DNA of 64,000 nucleotides from the human T2T-CHM13v2.0 reference genome, Homo sapiens. The translations under genes and the position numbers were made by a program. The notes under the pieces are model-generated. The model ran no database searches, was not told the origin of the DNA, and saw nothing but the letters and a program-made list of their open reading frames with translations. Shown here piece by piece: positions 18,111 to 31,653 of this stretch. Position 1 is the stretch's first letter, and each line of letters begins with the position of its first letter. The stretch lies in NCBI RefSeq assembly GCF_009914755.1, contig NC_060935.1. One strand, 5' to 3'.

Positions 18111-18211
18111 ATGCCATTTGTACAAAGCTGTCATATCAAAATGTCATATCAAAATATCCAAGAGTACTTTGGAAATATGGATTCCCAAGTTGTTTTTGTG
18201 GGTGCCAAAAG
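18111..18211 (+). ncRNA. Candidate exon of an antisense lncRNA (possibly SLC1A2-AS1)
   Basis: Strong plus-strand acceptor ctctttttcctcttttctag and donor AAG|gtaagg. I recall an annotated antisense RNA at this locus but cannot verify its exons. Confidence 0.45.
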
Positions 18212-20382
18212 GTAAGGGGGACTGCTTTCTTTGTAGTTATAAAATACTAGAAATTTTATGAGCTGAGAGGCAGCCTCTCAAATTGTTTCAACTAAATCCA
18301 GGCCATCAGTTGACCAAGCACAGAATCCTGGGGTCTTATTGCTGAATATACCTAATCTTACGTTTGGAAGATTAAGGCCCCTGGAGAGCCTGTGGTTTGA
18401 GCTGTTTTTTCCCCTATTGCCATCATTCCCAGGTTTAGGCCCATCCTTGCATAGACACTTGCCCTGGGTGTGATCTACAGACCCCCCAACCACACCCTTC
18501 CCCTCCCCGTCCATGGTGTCAAGGCTCAGAGCACTCCAATTTCCTTGAATCCATCTGGGTCACAGGAGGTACAGTGTGGAGTGCTCAGCCGTGAAAGTTC
18601 TGCAGTTGAACAACCTGAGTTCAAATTCCAGCTCTGCCACTTAACCACATGACTACAGGCAACTTAACCTCCCTGTGCCTTGACTTCCTCATCTGTAAAA
18701 AGGAGATAGTAATGGTATCTCTCTCATGGGGTGGTCAGAAGCTTTCAGGAGCTAATAAATTAAAATGCACTTACAAGAGGCTGGGCACATTGCAACTCCC
18801 CCACCCCCACCACGCCCAGTGAATGTGAATTGTTTTTCTTATCAAGAAATCTGGACAGGACCAGGCTGCTTTGCAATGAAAACTTCCCTAAAGCCCTGAA
18901 AGCTGGAAGATGGGAATTCTCAACTGTTTCCCAAACAGACAGAACACCAGGGAAGGGGAACTCCCCAAGTTCCAACAGTCTTGACCTTGACTGTTTTATA
19001 CACAGCATCAGTTGCTCTGAGTCACTCTTGCACATCCCTTTGCACTGTGGTTAACATTAACATTATCTGGTTATCCTTTGGTTGTGTGAGACAAAGTCTT
19101 AGAAAGATAATTCTTCCTGGAAGTTGCTTTCCCCTCTTGTCCCTAATAATACCCTCACCCTCCGGTAGGCACTGTCTCTGTGTGTGGAATTCTAAGCCCT
19201 GCAAGAGCTTCTTGGGCAGTGATTTTCCCTGCATCCCTCATTGCCTTCTGCTTTGCCTGGCCTTCCACTCCCCTGGCTCACTTCTCTAGGGTTCCTGGAA
19301 GCTGTTAAGATACTAGACACACAATATCAGAGCAGAACCTCACAGTAACCCTGCAAGGGACATATATGGTAACACCTGCTTTCACCGTGAGGAAAACACA
19401 GATAGGATGGGTGGAGAAACTTAGGTCACACAGCTTGAACATGGTCTGCTGGGATTTGAACACTGGTCTGCTTGATTTCAATGCCACACTTGTCCTTGAT
19501 GGCCTTGATCCCTCCCTACACTGAAAATTCTATGAATTAATAAAAATGCTAAGAATTTCTAATCACTATTTTCCTACATGCAGTGAAAGGAGAGAAATGA
19601 AAATTTTACTTGGAAGCGCAGCCTGAAGATAGATTTGGCTATTTTCCTCCAAACAAACTGCAGGCATGAAGTATATACACCCGTGGTGGGTGCCCCAGAG
19701 GTAGCCCTTGTGGTGTCTACAATTTAGGAGGATTTGACTGAACCCACCCAGGGGCCAGAGATTTAAATGCATATGGTCAAACTCATCTTTTGTCAAGTGA
19801 AAATGCTCAGTAGTATCAGTTAATATAAAACAAACCCTGTGTAGATAAATTTATAGAATTTAAGCACAAATTCAATCACTCACTGGTCCATTCTCCCATC
19901 TGTAAGTTCCCATCTAATAGTGGGAACTTAATGGAAAATATGGTTACCATCAAGACCAAGAGTCGAGATACCAGAAATTACCTTTGCTTGGCAAAAGACT
20001 TGCTTAAGAAGCCCTTTTCATCTTTGAGTTTTAAAGCAAGGGAGGTTAGTAGTCTCGTGATATCTGTTAGGACATAATTTTGAAAGGCTTGATCTTCTGA
20101 CCTGAAGTATATTTTCCATTGTCAGTAACATCATGGTACTCATGATGTCACAGCCACATTTTTCTTTAATATTCTAGGAGTATTGTGTATTTTATTAGAC
20201 ATCAATAATAATAATAGAAGCTAACATTTATTGACTGGTGCCTGGCTCATACTCATAAGAGACTATAAGCCAGGCACCATGTTCTCAGCCACCCTAGAAT
20301 TTGTTATTGTTCCCATTACGCAGATGAGGAAACTGAGGCTCCCTTATAGTATATAATTCATAGGGTGGTTGTGAAGATTTTA

Positions 20383-20408
20383 TTATATATATATATATAT
20401 ATATATAT
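20383..20408. repeat. (TA)n microsatellite
   Basis: Read directly. Confidence 0.9.
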
Positions 20409-20841
20409 AAATTATTATTTTGCAACCCAACAGTATAGTATAGTGGAGGCAGTGTGTGTAATGGTTAAAAACACAAACCCCAGAGTAAGGTGGCCTGGGT
20501 TCAAATCCCATTTCTGCCTGTTACAAACAGCATGATTCTGGCCCAGTTACCTCAACTTACTGTGCCTCATTTTCTCCATCTGTAAAATATAGAACCCAAT
20601 ATCTACTTTGTAGGGCTGTTTCTAGGATCACAAGTTAAATAAATGGAAGCATATGCCAGCATTTGGAAACTTAAATTATAGTTGTTCCTCTAGACGGCTG
20701 TGTGTGATCTATTCTCTGAGCCTCTGTTTCCTTATCTATGTATAAGGTGAGATAATTTAGCAAGAGAACCACTGGGAGACATTTCAGATGATACATTCTA
20801 GCTGATTAAATAAATGTGATTGTTATTTCATGTTTTCATAT

Positions 20842-20867
20842 TGTGTGTGTGTGTGTGTGTGTGTGTG
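20842..20867. repeat. (TG)n microsatellite
   Basis: Read directly. Confidence 0.9.
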
Positions 20868-23055
20868 TATTAAACATGGTGAATTTTTTCTTTTCTCTAT
20901 TTGCTGACTGAGTTGCTAAAGTGAACTCAGATGCATATGGGATATTCACTAAATCTTCTGGAATGGTTAGAAGGAGAGAGGAGAAAGCTGTGTTTTAACA
21001 AAAATGTCCTTGAGCTGGTTGAATACCTCAGAGCTAGATAGATCAAGCAAAGGCTCTGAAGTGGCCATTCCATGGCAATATCAGCCCCTAGAACACACAG
21101 AGGACATGATTAGAGCAAATTTCCAGCACTGCTACAGACACTGGGTGGTCCCTGAGCTTGGACTTTTAAAAAGCCTGAGCATGTAGAGACATCAGACCCA
21201 AATGAACACTGCCTCTTAGGAGAGATCTCCTAAAATGGCCTTAGCCCACTAAAGGCCTACCAGAGAATGGGCTGTTGAATAACATGAACCAAGCAGACAC
21301 CAGATTATTACCAAAGTTTCTAATATAGAGATTGACAGTGCTGCCCGGGGTTTGAAGTGGGAGAAAGAGGCTAGTGCCTTAGCCTGAACCCAAAAACTAT
21401 TGCCCCTTCTAATGCCCAATGGAAAAAGTCAATAAAAACACTATTCTAATGTCTTTTTTTGAGTCACAGTCAGAAAGAAGAAATGACCTGTGGTTGGAAG
21501 AGGTAAACTGTGGAATAGAAATTTGACTTGTGCCTCTGGCACCCATAGCCATGAGACCTAGGTTTGTCAGATAATTTCTTTGAGCCTCACATGCCTCCTC
21601 TGTAAAATGGGAATAATGACTATTCCTTCTCTTCAGGACTGCTGGGCATGTTCAAAGCAATGTATGGAAAGAGTCCGCCATCTCAGAGGAACCAAAGAGT
21701 GGAGTGATTATCATCATGGAGGATGAAAGTGTATTCCAGTGTCTACCTCATTCATTTCCTAAAGTGAATCACCCAGGCCTTGGCTGTTCTAATATCTGGA
21801 ATTCTCTTTCTACTACAAGTACATCTGTCACACAGAATGTTACCCACTTACTCCCTATGTTTTCTGATCACATAGAATCTGAGAGGGGAAATAAAACTTA
21901 CAAATTGTTGAGTCCAAGATTGACAAACTCCGTTGTCTTAAAGGGCTAAGCTGTGGTGACAGGTGCAGCAGGCCAGGCATAAGTAATAGGGAGCAGGGGA
22001 GACTGTGGGAAACTGAAGGGCAGCTGTCTCATAAGAGGATGAAATTCTAATCTTTTACAATATATTTCAAGGCAAACAAAGCAACACTCTGGGCTGGGAG
22101 TCCATCCATGAACTACCAACTTTTAGCCCCAAATTATGAATACCTTCCTTATTTATAGATGAGGAAATTGAGACTGAGAGTAGGGATATGACATAAGGCA
22201 GAAATTGGCTTCTGGCTTAATTGAAGCATTTAGATGGGTTGGGAGTGATAATATTAAAAAGATGATTGCAAAAAGCTTTATTTCATGCTGTAATGTCAAT
22301 ATAACATTGAATGGGCTGAAGACTGATATTTTCAATGACTTAACCTATAAGCAAGAAACAGAGTGTTGGCTTGGCTAGTAGGTGTGATCTTTAAGTTTAT
22401 GGTGAGGCAATGCATTTTTAACAATCTCTTAGGAAAATGTTCTTTCTGAATTTTTAAAATGATGAATACATTTAAATAAAAATAGCTTTAGTAAAAACAA
22501 AACTATGTGCTATTTATTTGTAATAAAATCTTATATGTCATATTGAGGAATCTCTTCCAGTATTTTGTAATTTCTGCCATTACCCTCTGGTGATGGAATA
22601 TTGAAGGGAGCATATTTCAGTGAAACAAAAATTGGATCCAGAGTCAGCTGATGTTGGCCTCAGTTACAGTCCTGCCAAATCATTACTGATGTTGGCCTCA
22701 CTTACAGCCATGCTGTAGCCATGGACAAACTACCATGCCTCTTGGTGCCTGAGTTTCTTTGTCTATTAAATGGGCAAAGAAATTACCCTGCTTCCATCAC
22801 AGGATTGCTAAAAATCAAATAATATCCAATTTCTAAAGCAAGTTGACATGTGCAATACAAACAGGAGGTATTAATAAGAGTCTTCTTTCTTGTCACAATC
22901 TTTTCCTTTTGAAGGCTGCCAATAGTTTCTCTTTTTTTATTACCTTCATTGTCTTCCACCAGCAGAAATGAAATTCAAGTGGCCTCTGTCACATGGAGTT
23001 AGTGTGGAGGGGAAACAGGGTAGAGGTTGTTTTGTGTTTTACCCCACCCTTCTCA

Positions 23056-23292
<237 letters not shown>

Positions 23293-24897
23293 TTAGAGAA
23301 GCAGGACAATGCATAAACTGGAATGCCACTGCATCCTTAGTTTTTCTTGTTTTGTGTCAATCAAGCAATGTGACATGCAAAAAAGCAGTATCTGGAGCCA
23401 GATTAAAAACTCGTGAGTTGGAGGCTCAAATTCAATCTTATTAAGACACTAATAGGCAGCAAAATATTTTCATTGGTTCTGGTTTTGGAGATATACTCAG
23501 AGCTTGAAGATTTTTTCTTTTGGCCACTGTTTCCATCTTGGATTCGATATTGAAGTGCATCTGATTGCCCATATTAATTGGGTTGCAAAAAAAAAAAAAC
23601 AAAAGCCAGCTATGTCAGAAAAGAATCAGCTATCAACAGCAAAATGGGATGAGGAATTTTTGAATAACCCATAATTTCATGCTAGAAATGCTGTTTCCGA
23701 TAAAATGACTGAATGGATTGCATTTAGCCCTGGGAAATTGTCCTGAGCTGGACTTGCTAATTTCCATAACAACAAACATGTCCAGCACACTTCAGCATGA
23801 ACCTGAGCTTCAAGCAATTCACTGGGGAACCTCACAGATAGTCCAACACCCTGATATATGCTCATCGGCCAATTCTACAGTCACTTCAATGACATGGAGC
23901 AGGAAAGCATGTGCTCATTAGCAAATCAAAGACTAAATATGAAGGGACTTCACCCCCACTCCTCCCAGGCCTGGGATGTGGATTCGTGACCACATGACCA
24001 AGCCTCGAAGGCCAGAATTCCTGACACGTTCATATGTCTTCAAAATTGGAGACCAATAAACAGTAAGGGTTGCTAAAGGCCAGAATATTATTTCCATGTG
24101 GATAGAAGTGCCTGGGAGGGTGAGTGGATTTGCTGCAAAGTTTAAGTAATGTAGAAAGCAATGCAGAACACTCAAACTGCCATGGAAGTGCTTCATGGTC
24201 CATCCTCTTGATTTTTTTCTATTCAAACTTTAGCAAAGTGAATTAGAAAACCTGCAATGCAGATAACATTTGGAGGTGTTTTCTCTCTTGCACTTACAGC
24301 TTTTGTCAAAGTTTCCTCCTTCTACTGGTCAGAATTAGTGACCAAACTGGACATAGATCCCTGTAGAGGTCTTAGTTTCTCAAAGAGTGGGAGAAGACCA
24401 TCTGCTCCAGGGAAGCTAAATGAAATGAAGATTCCAGGGCCTATCCAGAACCAACGAATCAGAAGCCCTAAAACTAGGGATGCGAGATGTGCATCTTATC
24501 AAACCACTGGCCCACGAGCTCCTAAAACAACCTTAGGAGAGCCAGATTTCTCTTACCAGAACATTCTTTGTGATTTCAAGTCAGGGGTCTGTCTCATGCC
24601 TCCTTCTTGGTCTGGGGTAGGAAGAAGAATTGTTTGTTGGGGGACATCTCATAACTAAAATCTTGCAAACCCAGGGCAAAGTTGGAGCCTGGCCTCATTT
24701 GCATGCAGGGGATGGCATCAGACCTAGCTTGCTATCTTAATGAGAAGTCAGTGTCCCTTTCTTCCTCTTACCCCACCCTTTCCTGGGCCCTTTCGAAGGG
24801 TTGCCAGGACACCAGGACTGGTATGAGATGACTGCTCAGTTGTGGTTGGTGGCCAGGATTCTCGATTGCAAGCATTCTCAAATCTAAGGACACTTCT

Positions 24898-25252
24898 GGA
24901 ATTGCTGGCATACATTTATGTTTATTATTGCATTCATTTTTCCAAAATGTCATCAAATGGTCTTTGGACAATTAAGTCGACTGGGAAAAATGATTGGTAA
25001 GTATAAAAATATCCTCTATTTCTCTACTGGACAGGCTTTTTGTCTTAAAAAACCCACCCACCCAATCAAACTAGGAATTGCTGGCATACATTTATGTTTA
25101 TTATTGCATTCATTTTTCCAAAATGTCATCAAATGGTCTTTGGACAATTAAGTCGACTGGGAAAAATGATTGGTAAGTATAAAAATATCCTCTATTTCTC
25201 TACTGGACAGGCTTTTTGTCTTAAAAAACCCACCCACCCAATCAAACTAGGA
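24898..25252. repeat. Exact 176-bp tandem duplication
   Basis: 24898-25073 is identical to 25074-25249 by direct comparison, with GGA microhomology at the junctions. Confidence 0.97.
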
Positions 25253-25899
25253 CTTGAGAATTTTAATTTCAAGCTTTCCTGTGTGGATGGGCTGACATGC
25301 TGACATTGCTTTTTTGGTTCCTGCCTCAATGGCCATATGACAGCCTTCAAATGTTGCTAATAATAACTGTCAGATATTTGAAATGCTTCTTTTGTTTTTT
25401 ACGTATTAGTTTTAACAGACTGCACTGAAGTTGGAGGGCTGAAGACAGGTCAGTCTCAGGCCACCCCACTCCCTCTGTCCTCCCTGACACCAGCCTCTGG
25501 AACCATTGAGAAAAGATGTTCAACTACCCTCAACGTCTTTATTCTGTACAAGGGCCGAGGAGGCAGGAAGGATATTTTGTGGGCTGTCCCTGGGTTTTAC
25601 ATTTTTTTTTTTCTTCTCTGTGACCATGATGGCAAAGAAACCTTCAGTTAATTCTCGGTACATGACTCACGCCACATGGCCTTTTAAAAAAAGAAATTCC
25701 ACATCCAGGCAAAAACCACATTTTAACTAAAGATTAAAACCACTTTTTTTTTTTCAAATGAAATACAGAGTTAGGGGAAGAAATTGGTCTAATATTAGCA
25801 GCCTTGGTTGGATAATCTGAGCATTTGTCTCTGATTTAAATACAAATTTGGGCCATGCAAATCCCCTTAAGATTCACCTTGTCTTATAAAGTTACTGAA

Positions 25900-26890
25900 A
25901 TAATGTTCTAGTCATTCAAAAGAAAATAATACTAATATTTTTGAAATAGTTGAAAGATCTAAACCATAAAGGTATTGGAAGAAAATAAAAAGTCATATTG
26001 TATTAACTTGGAGAAGCTATTCCTAAGCAAAATCTAAATTCTAAATTCTAAAGAAAAGTATTGATAGCTTTGACTAAGTACAAATTTAAAACTTCTAGAG
26101 GCAAAAAGCACAGTAAATTTTTAAGACAAATGTCAAGTGAAGAGGAGGATTATTTGCAACTTGTGACACATGAGCTAATATTCTTATACAAAAAGAGAGC
26201 TTGAAAATCAATCAGGAAGGGACGAATACCTCAACAGGAAAATGACCAAGTTCATGAACAATTCACAAGGCAGGCGAAAGGGGAGGGGAAGGAGAAGTAA
26301 AGATATGCATATCCCATGAGATTACTTTTCACCCAATAGGACTGGAAAGCATTAAAGTGACTGGCAATATCCAGAGCTGGTAAGCAAGCAGGGATGGGCA
26401 CACCCTCAAACCCCAGTTAATGGGAACATAAAATAATACATTTTTCTGAATAGCAATCTGGTAATGTGCTTCAAAACTGTCAATGTGCATACCATTTGAC
26501 TCTGAAATTCCACTTATCCTGAGGGGATCATCATACAACCTTGCAGAGATGTATTTGTAAGGATGTTTGTCACAGCCCTGTTTAATAGACATGCCTTAAA
26601 TATACATCACTGTGGCTAGGACAGGGTGGGGTTTGCATTGTAGTACATACAGTGCATTATTATGCAGTTTAAAAAATGGTAGTAAAGTCTCTTGCAATAG
26701 ATACAACTTTTATGATACGTTGACCAGTAAAAAAATAACTATTTATAAAACAATATATACATACATAGTAAGAACTTGAAAGATATATAACTAAAGACTA
26801 ATTAAAAGGTTATGACCAGTTATCACTGGGTGATAGAATAATTGGCAAAGCTCATTTTCTTCTTCAAAATTGTATTCACTGCCTGAACTT
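25900..26890 (+). mobile_element. Old L1M(E)-like fragment
   Basis: A-rich sequence with L1 3'-region motifs (ataccatttgactctgaaattccactt). Boundaries approximate. Confidence 0.55.
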
Positions 26891-26913
26891 TTTCACATTG
26901 AGCCTGCAGAAAT

Positions 26914-27005
26914 TTTATTTTATTTTTGTTTTCTGGTTATGAGCCTGGTATGAGATAAAGTATGAGATACCAGGCTTATAACCAGAAAACAAAAATAAAA
27001 TTAAA
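26914..27005 (-). terminator. Intron-7 stem-loop enclosing two overlapping AATAAA signals (cryptic intronic poly(A) site)
   Basis: Arms 26917-26951 and 26967-27001 pair at 34 of 35 positions around a 15-nt loop. Minus-strand AATAAA at 26914-26919 and 26919-26924. Confidence 0.8.
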
Positions 27006-27533
27006 CCAGGTTGGGTTTTTTTTTTTTCTCTCTTTTTCTTCAAGTGAAGATCTGTATGGATAGAGATACTTAGTCATGGAAAATTTATAAATCAAGAAGG
27101 AAATTTTGAAGTGTTTTCCTTCATCTTCGGAAACTGGGTAAAGAATCTAGACCCTTAAGATTGTATATATTCCAGCTTTGTCTGAAACTCCATTTTCTAC
27201 TAGCACTGAATCCTCATTGATTTGCAAGATGGAAGTTTTATTTGGCTTCCCAGGTGGTTGGCATTATTGGTCTGTTAGGTCGCTTAAGGGAAACCTGACT
27301 GACTGCTCAGTAGCCGTGGAGCAACAGGCCCTGCTGTGTCATGCAGTGGCACCTCCCTAGCATTGCATGGGCACAGGTTCTGCAACAAGGACCTGAATGA
27401 TGAGCTATGGGTTTCAGAATTTGCTTGCCTCCCTGCCACCTGTTTTATGATTCAGTCTTAGTTTTGTGACCCAAGGACATATGTGCAGAAATAAAACAAT
27501 GATTGCAAGCTGAAAGTAAAACACTAGTCTTAA

Positions 27534-27935
<402 letters not shown>

Positions 27936-28586
27936 TGATAGTCCAAAAAATGATTTTTCTCTACATATCTCTGGGGTCCTCTTTGGCTTTCTAGGTACTG
28001 GAACTAAGTAACAAAGGGGGAACTGATTCTTCATCAATGCCAAGTTAACTCTGGGGAAAAATAATCCATTAGAGGTTCGTGTCGAGGTCAAAGACTTGGC
28101 CGAATTTTGTTAGAAAAAGTCTCACCTAACATACCATTTACTTTGTAAAAGCTGCTTCTCCTACTTTTGAAAATGTATTTACCAAAATCTTCAAAGAGTA
28201 ATATTTTGTGATAGCATTTTCCAAATCACAGGTGAAATGTTTATTGAAAAATATCCTGTTACACTCCCTTTAGAAAACATCTAAAACTAAACTAATGATT
28301 TAAGTGGCAAATTAGGCATGCAAACAAATAGCATGCATTTATCTGAAAAATTTAATGTGAGATCGTATTTCCAATATAGTTGCAAACCAGCAAAAATGTT
28401 CACCAGAAGGCTCAGAAGTTCCTAGAAGGAGACAAAAATTCAAATCATTCGCCTTTTCCAAAAGATCTTAGTAATGTGTGCCAAGTGTTCTTATTGAACT
28501 TTGTGATGGGAGGGTTTTGAGAAATGAGAAATGGCAAAGAGGGCAAAAGAGTGAGCAAAGAGAAAGGTGATTTCTTTTGTTCTCTA

Positions 28587-28958
<372 letters not shown>

Positions 28959-29279
28959 TTATTTTTTACTTTGGACCACTTCCCTTAACCAAAATCTGTT
29001 TTGTGGATCTGGTGGCGCCTGCTCTGATGAAAAGTCCAAAGGCAAATTTTGTCGCTAAGGTGAGTTCTAGGAATAAAGGAGAGACATGCATTGCCATCTT
29101 TATCTTTACCATCAAGTTCAAAGTTGAGAGACCCAGGTGTGTCTCTGGGAATCTTGTTTGATTTGTGTTCCTCAGTTCCTTCCTAGAAATTTGGGAATTT
29201 GAGCTTTTCAGAAAACTATAAACTGGAATTTGTAAATTTGCATTGTTCTTACCTAGGAAGATAGGGAATATATTGAAAT

Positions 29280-29310
<31 letters not shown>
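29280..29310. repeat. (AG)n microsatellite
   Basis: Read directly. Confidence 0.85.
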
Positions 29311-29311
<1 letters not shown>

Positions 29312-31328
29312 ACAAGGAAATCATCTGAGCCAAAATGTACATTTAGAGAAAAGTGGTTTTATGACTTCTAAGTCTGAAAGTCTTTTTTCCATACTTATTC
29401 TAACAATAATGCTGGCTACTTTCATTTTGTTTTAAGCACTATGGTGAGAGCTGCACACCCATTCCCTCACTTAATGCTTACCACAACCCGAAAATCTAGG
29501 TGTCATTATTGCAACGTGGCAAATAAAGAAACTGAGGTTAAGAAAAGCTAAATAATCAGCCCAAGACCAGGAAACCAGGAAATGAAAACAATCTCAGGTC
29601 TGTGAAACTCCCAACTGGGGGATTTTCCCAACCAAGACAAGCCACTTCTTTTTAGTGAATAATCACAGCTCTTTGTAGATAAGCAGTTTGTCGTATACCA
29701 ATTTATCTTATATAAACTGATGTTATAGTTCTATCTTATTATTAATTTATAGAGAGTTTGGAAACTACTTTGGTCCTCACTCTTGGGAAAGCTATTTTCT
29801 CTCTCAACCTGAATATATTCTTCCCATATTTGGTAAAATCCTTTATTATCCAGAATGGTGTTGTTAGGGCATGAATTTGTTCAGCCTGTGACAGTTTCTG
29901 GCTGATATGAAAATATTTATGGGAAGGCTGCTACCTTATTAAAAATTATGAACATACTTGAGAGAAAGACTATGGGGAGAATGAAGTCCCTAGATAAGGC
30001 TTCCAGCAGGGGTCAGGGAGTCAGGAAAGGATGCTGTAATTGTAAGATCTATACAGACTTGCAATTGTGCCTGGAGCAAACACTTTCCTGGATTAAAGAA
30101 AAAATGTGAAGAGTAGATGAGACACATATATATGAATACTACATAAGACATGGAGCTCGTCTCACCACTTATTAGTTATTAATATGTGACCATGGTTAGT
30201 GGCTTATTCCCATTTTACAGATATGTATGTCAAGGCTCAGAGCGGCTAACTCCAACCTCATGGAGATGCTGTGGGGATTAAATTTTTGAGCATTCATATA
30301 TGTGTGCTGCTAAAAACCCCTCTCGCATCTCTGTCAGTACCATTAATTCTCTGAGTCCCGACAAAGGCATTCCTTGTAGGTTCTGTTTTCACACATGTAC
30401 CCCATGTCCTCTCATCACTCATGCTTAGTAAGCCTGAGTTAGTGATGCTTTCTAGAACATCTCATGGGATACCCAATTGCAAGATGATTTTATAGCAACA
30501 TATTCTCTCAAGAGGAACCTAATCCTGAAGGAACTGATCTGTAACTGACACAAATTAGTTAAACTAACATTAGCATAGCTGCTCTCTTCCCATATGAGAA
30601 TCTAGCCTGAAGGTCCTACTTTTCCTTTCCGTGGGGTGCAGGCTGGTCAAGTCTGAGGACTGCTTCCCTAGACATTAGGGAGTCTGAGACAAACCTGTGC
30701 TCATGTCATTAAACCCTTAGCTCTCCCGCCATTTTATATTCTGCTGGTGTGTCCATAGTCACATCTTATAAATTATCAAGGTAGTCTCAGGGACCAGCAC
30801 TTCATTCATTGAGACTGTAAATAAGCAGAATGAACCTTCCTATAAAGCCAAAAAGCATTTATCTTCATAAAACAAGAGATCAATTCTTTCCCAAGCACCA
30901 AGCACCCTTTAAAGATGTCCAGAAAAATACAAATATAAGCTGTTTGGGGTGCCATTCAATTTTCCTTCTCTCCTGGGACGAGCAATTTGTAGAATGGAGA
31001 GAAAATGCTTTCAAGGCTCTTTGCCAAAAAAAGACTAGCTATAGAGTCTCCTGGAGAATGCATTTGGGCCACAGACAGATGGACTAGAGAGAGGTAACAG
31101 TTTACCTCTGGGGCACTTAGCCAGCTGAGAAAAGCATGAGCTCCCATTGTAAATGGAGAGTGTTAATCAAAGGCCAGAAAGTGAAGTGTTAGGGTTTATA
31201 AATATGGCAAGAAGAAGCCCTTGCTAATCCAAACACCTTGATCTCTGGGAATAGGATGAGCATTAAGTAGAAGAAGGTAAGAACGTTTGTTCTATGAAGT
31301 CTTTCAGGGCCATTACTTTCTTGTGCCT

Positions 31329-31653
31329 ATTTTTATTTTATTTATTTTTTATTTTATTTTTATATTTTGAGACAGAGTCTTGCTCTGTTAGCCAGGCTGG
31401 AGCTCAGTGGCACCATCATTGCTTGCTGTAACCTTGACCTCCTGGGCTCAAGCAATCCTTTCACCTCAGCCTCCTGAGTAGCTAAGACTACAGGTGTTTG
31501 CCACCATTCTCAGCTAATTTTTGTTTATTTTTATTTTTGTAGGAGGTCTCACTATTTTGCTCAGCTGGTCTCAAATTCCTAGCCTCAAGCAAACCTCCCA
31601 CCTCAGCCTCCCAGAGCACTAGGATTATAGGTGTGGCCGACCAACTGCACCCA
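31329..31653 (-). mobile_element. AluJ-like
   Basis: Diverged Alu with J-type cctgggctcaagcaatcc and a (TTTA)n tail. Confidence 0.85.
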
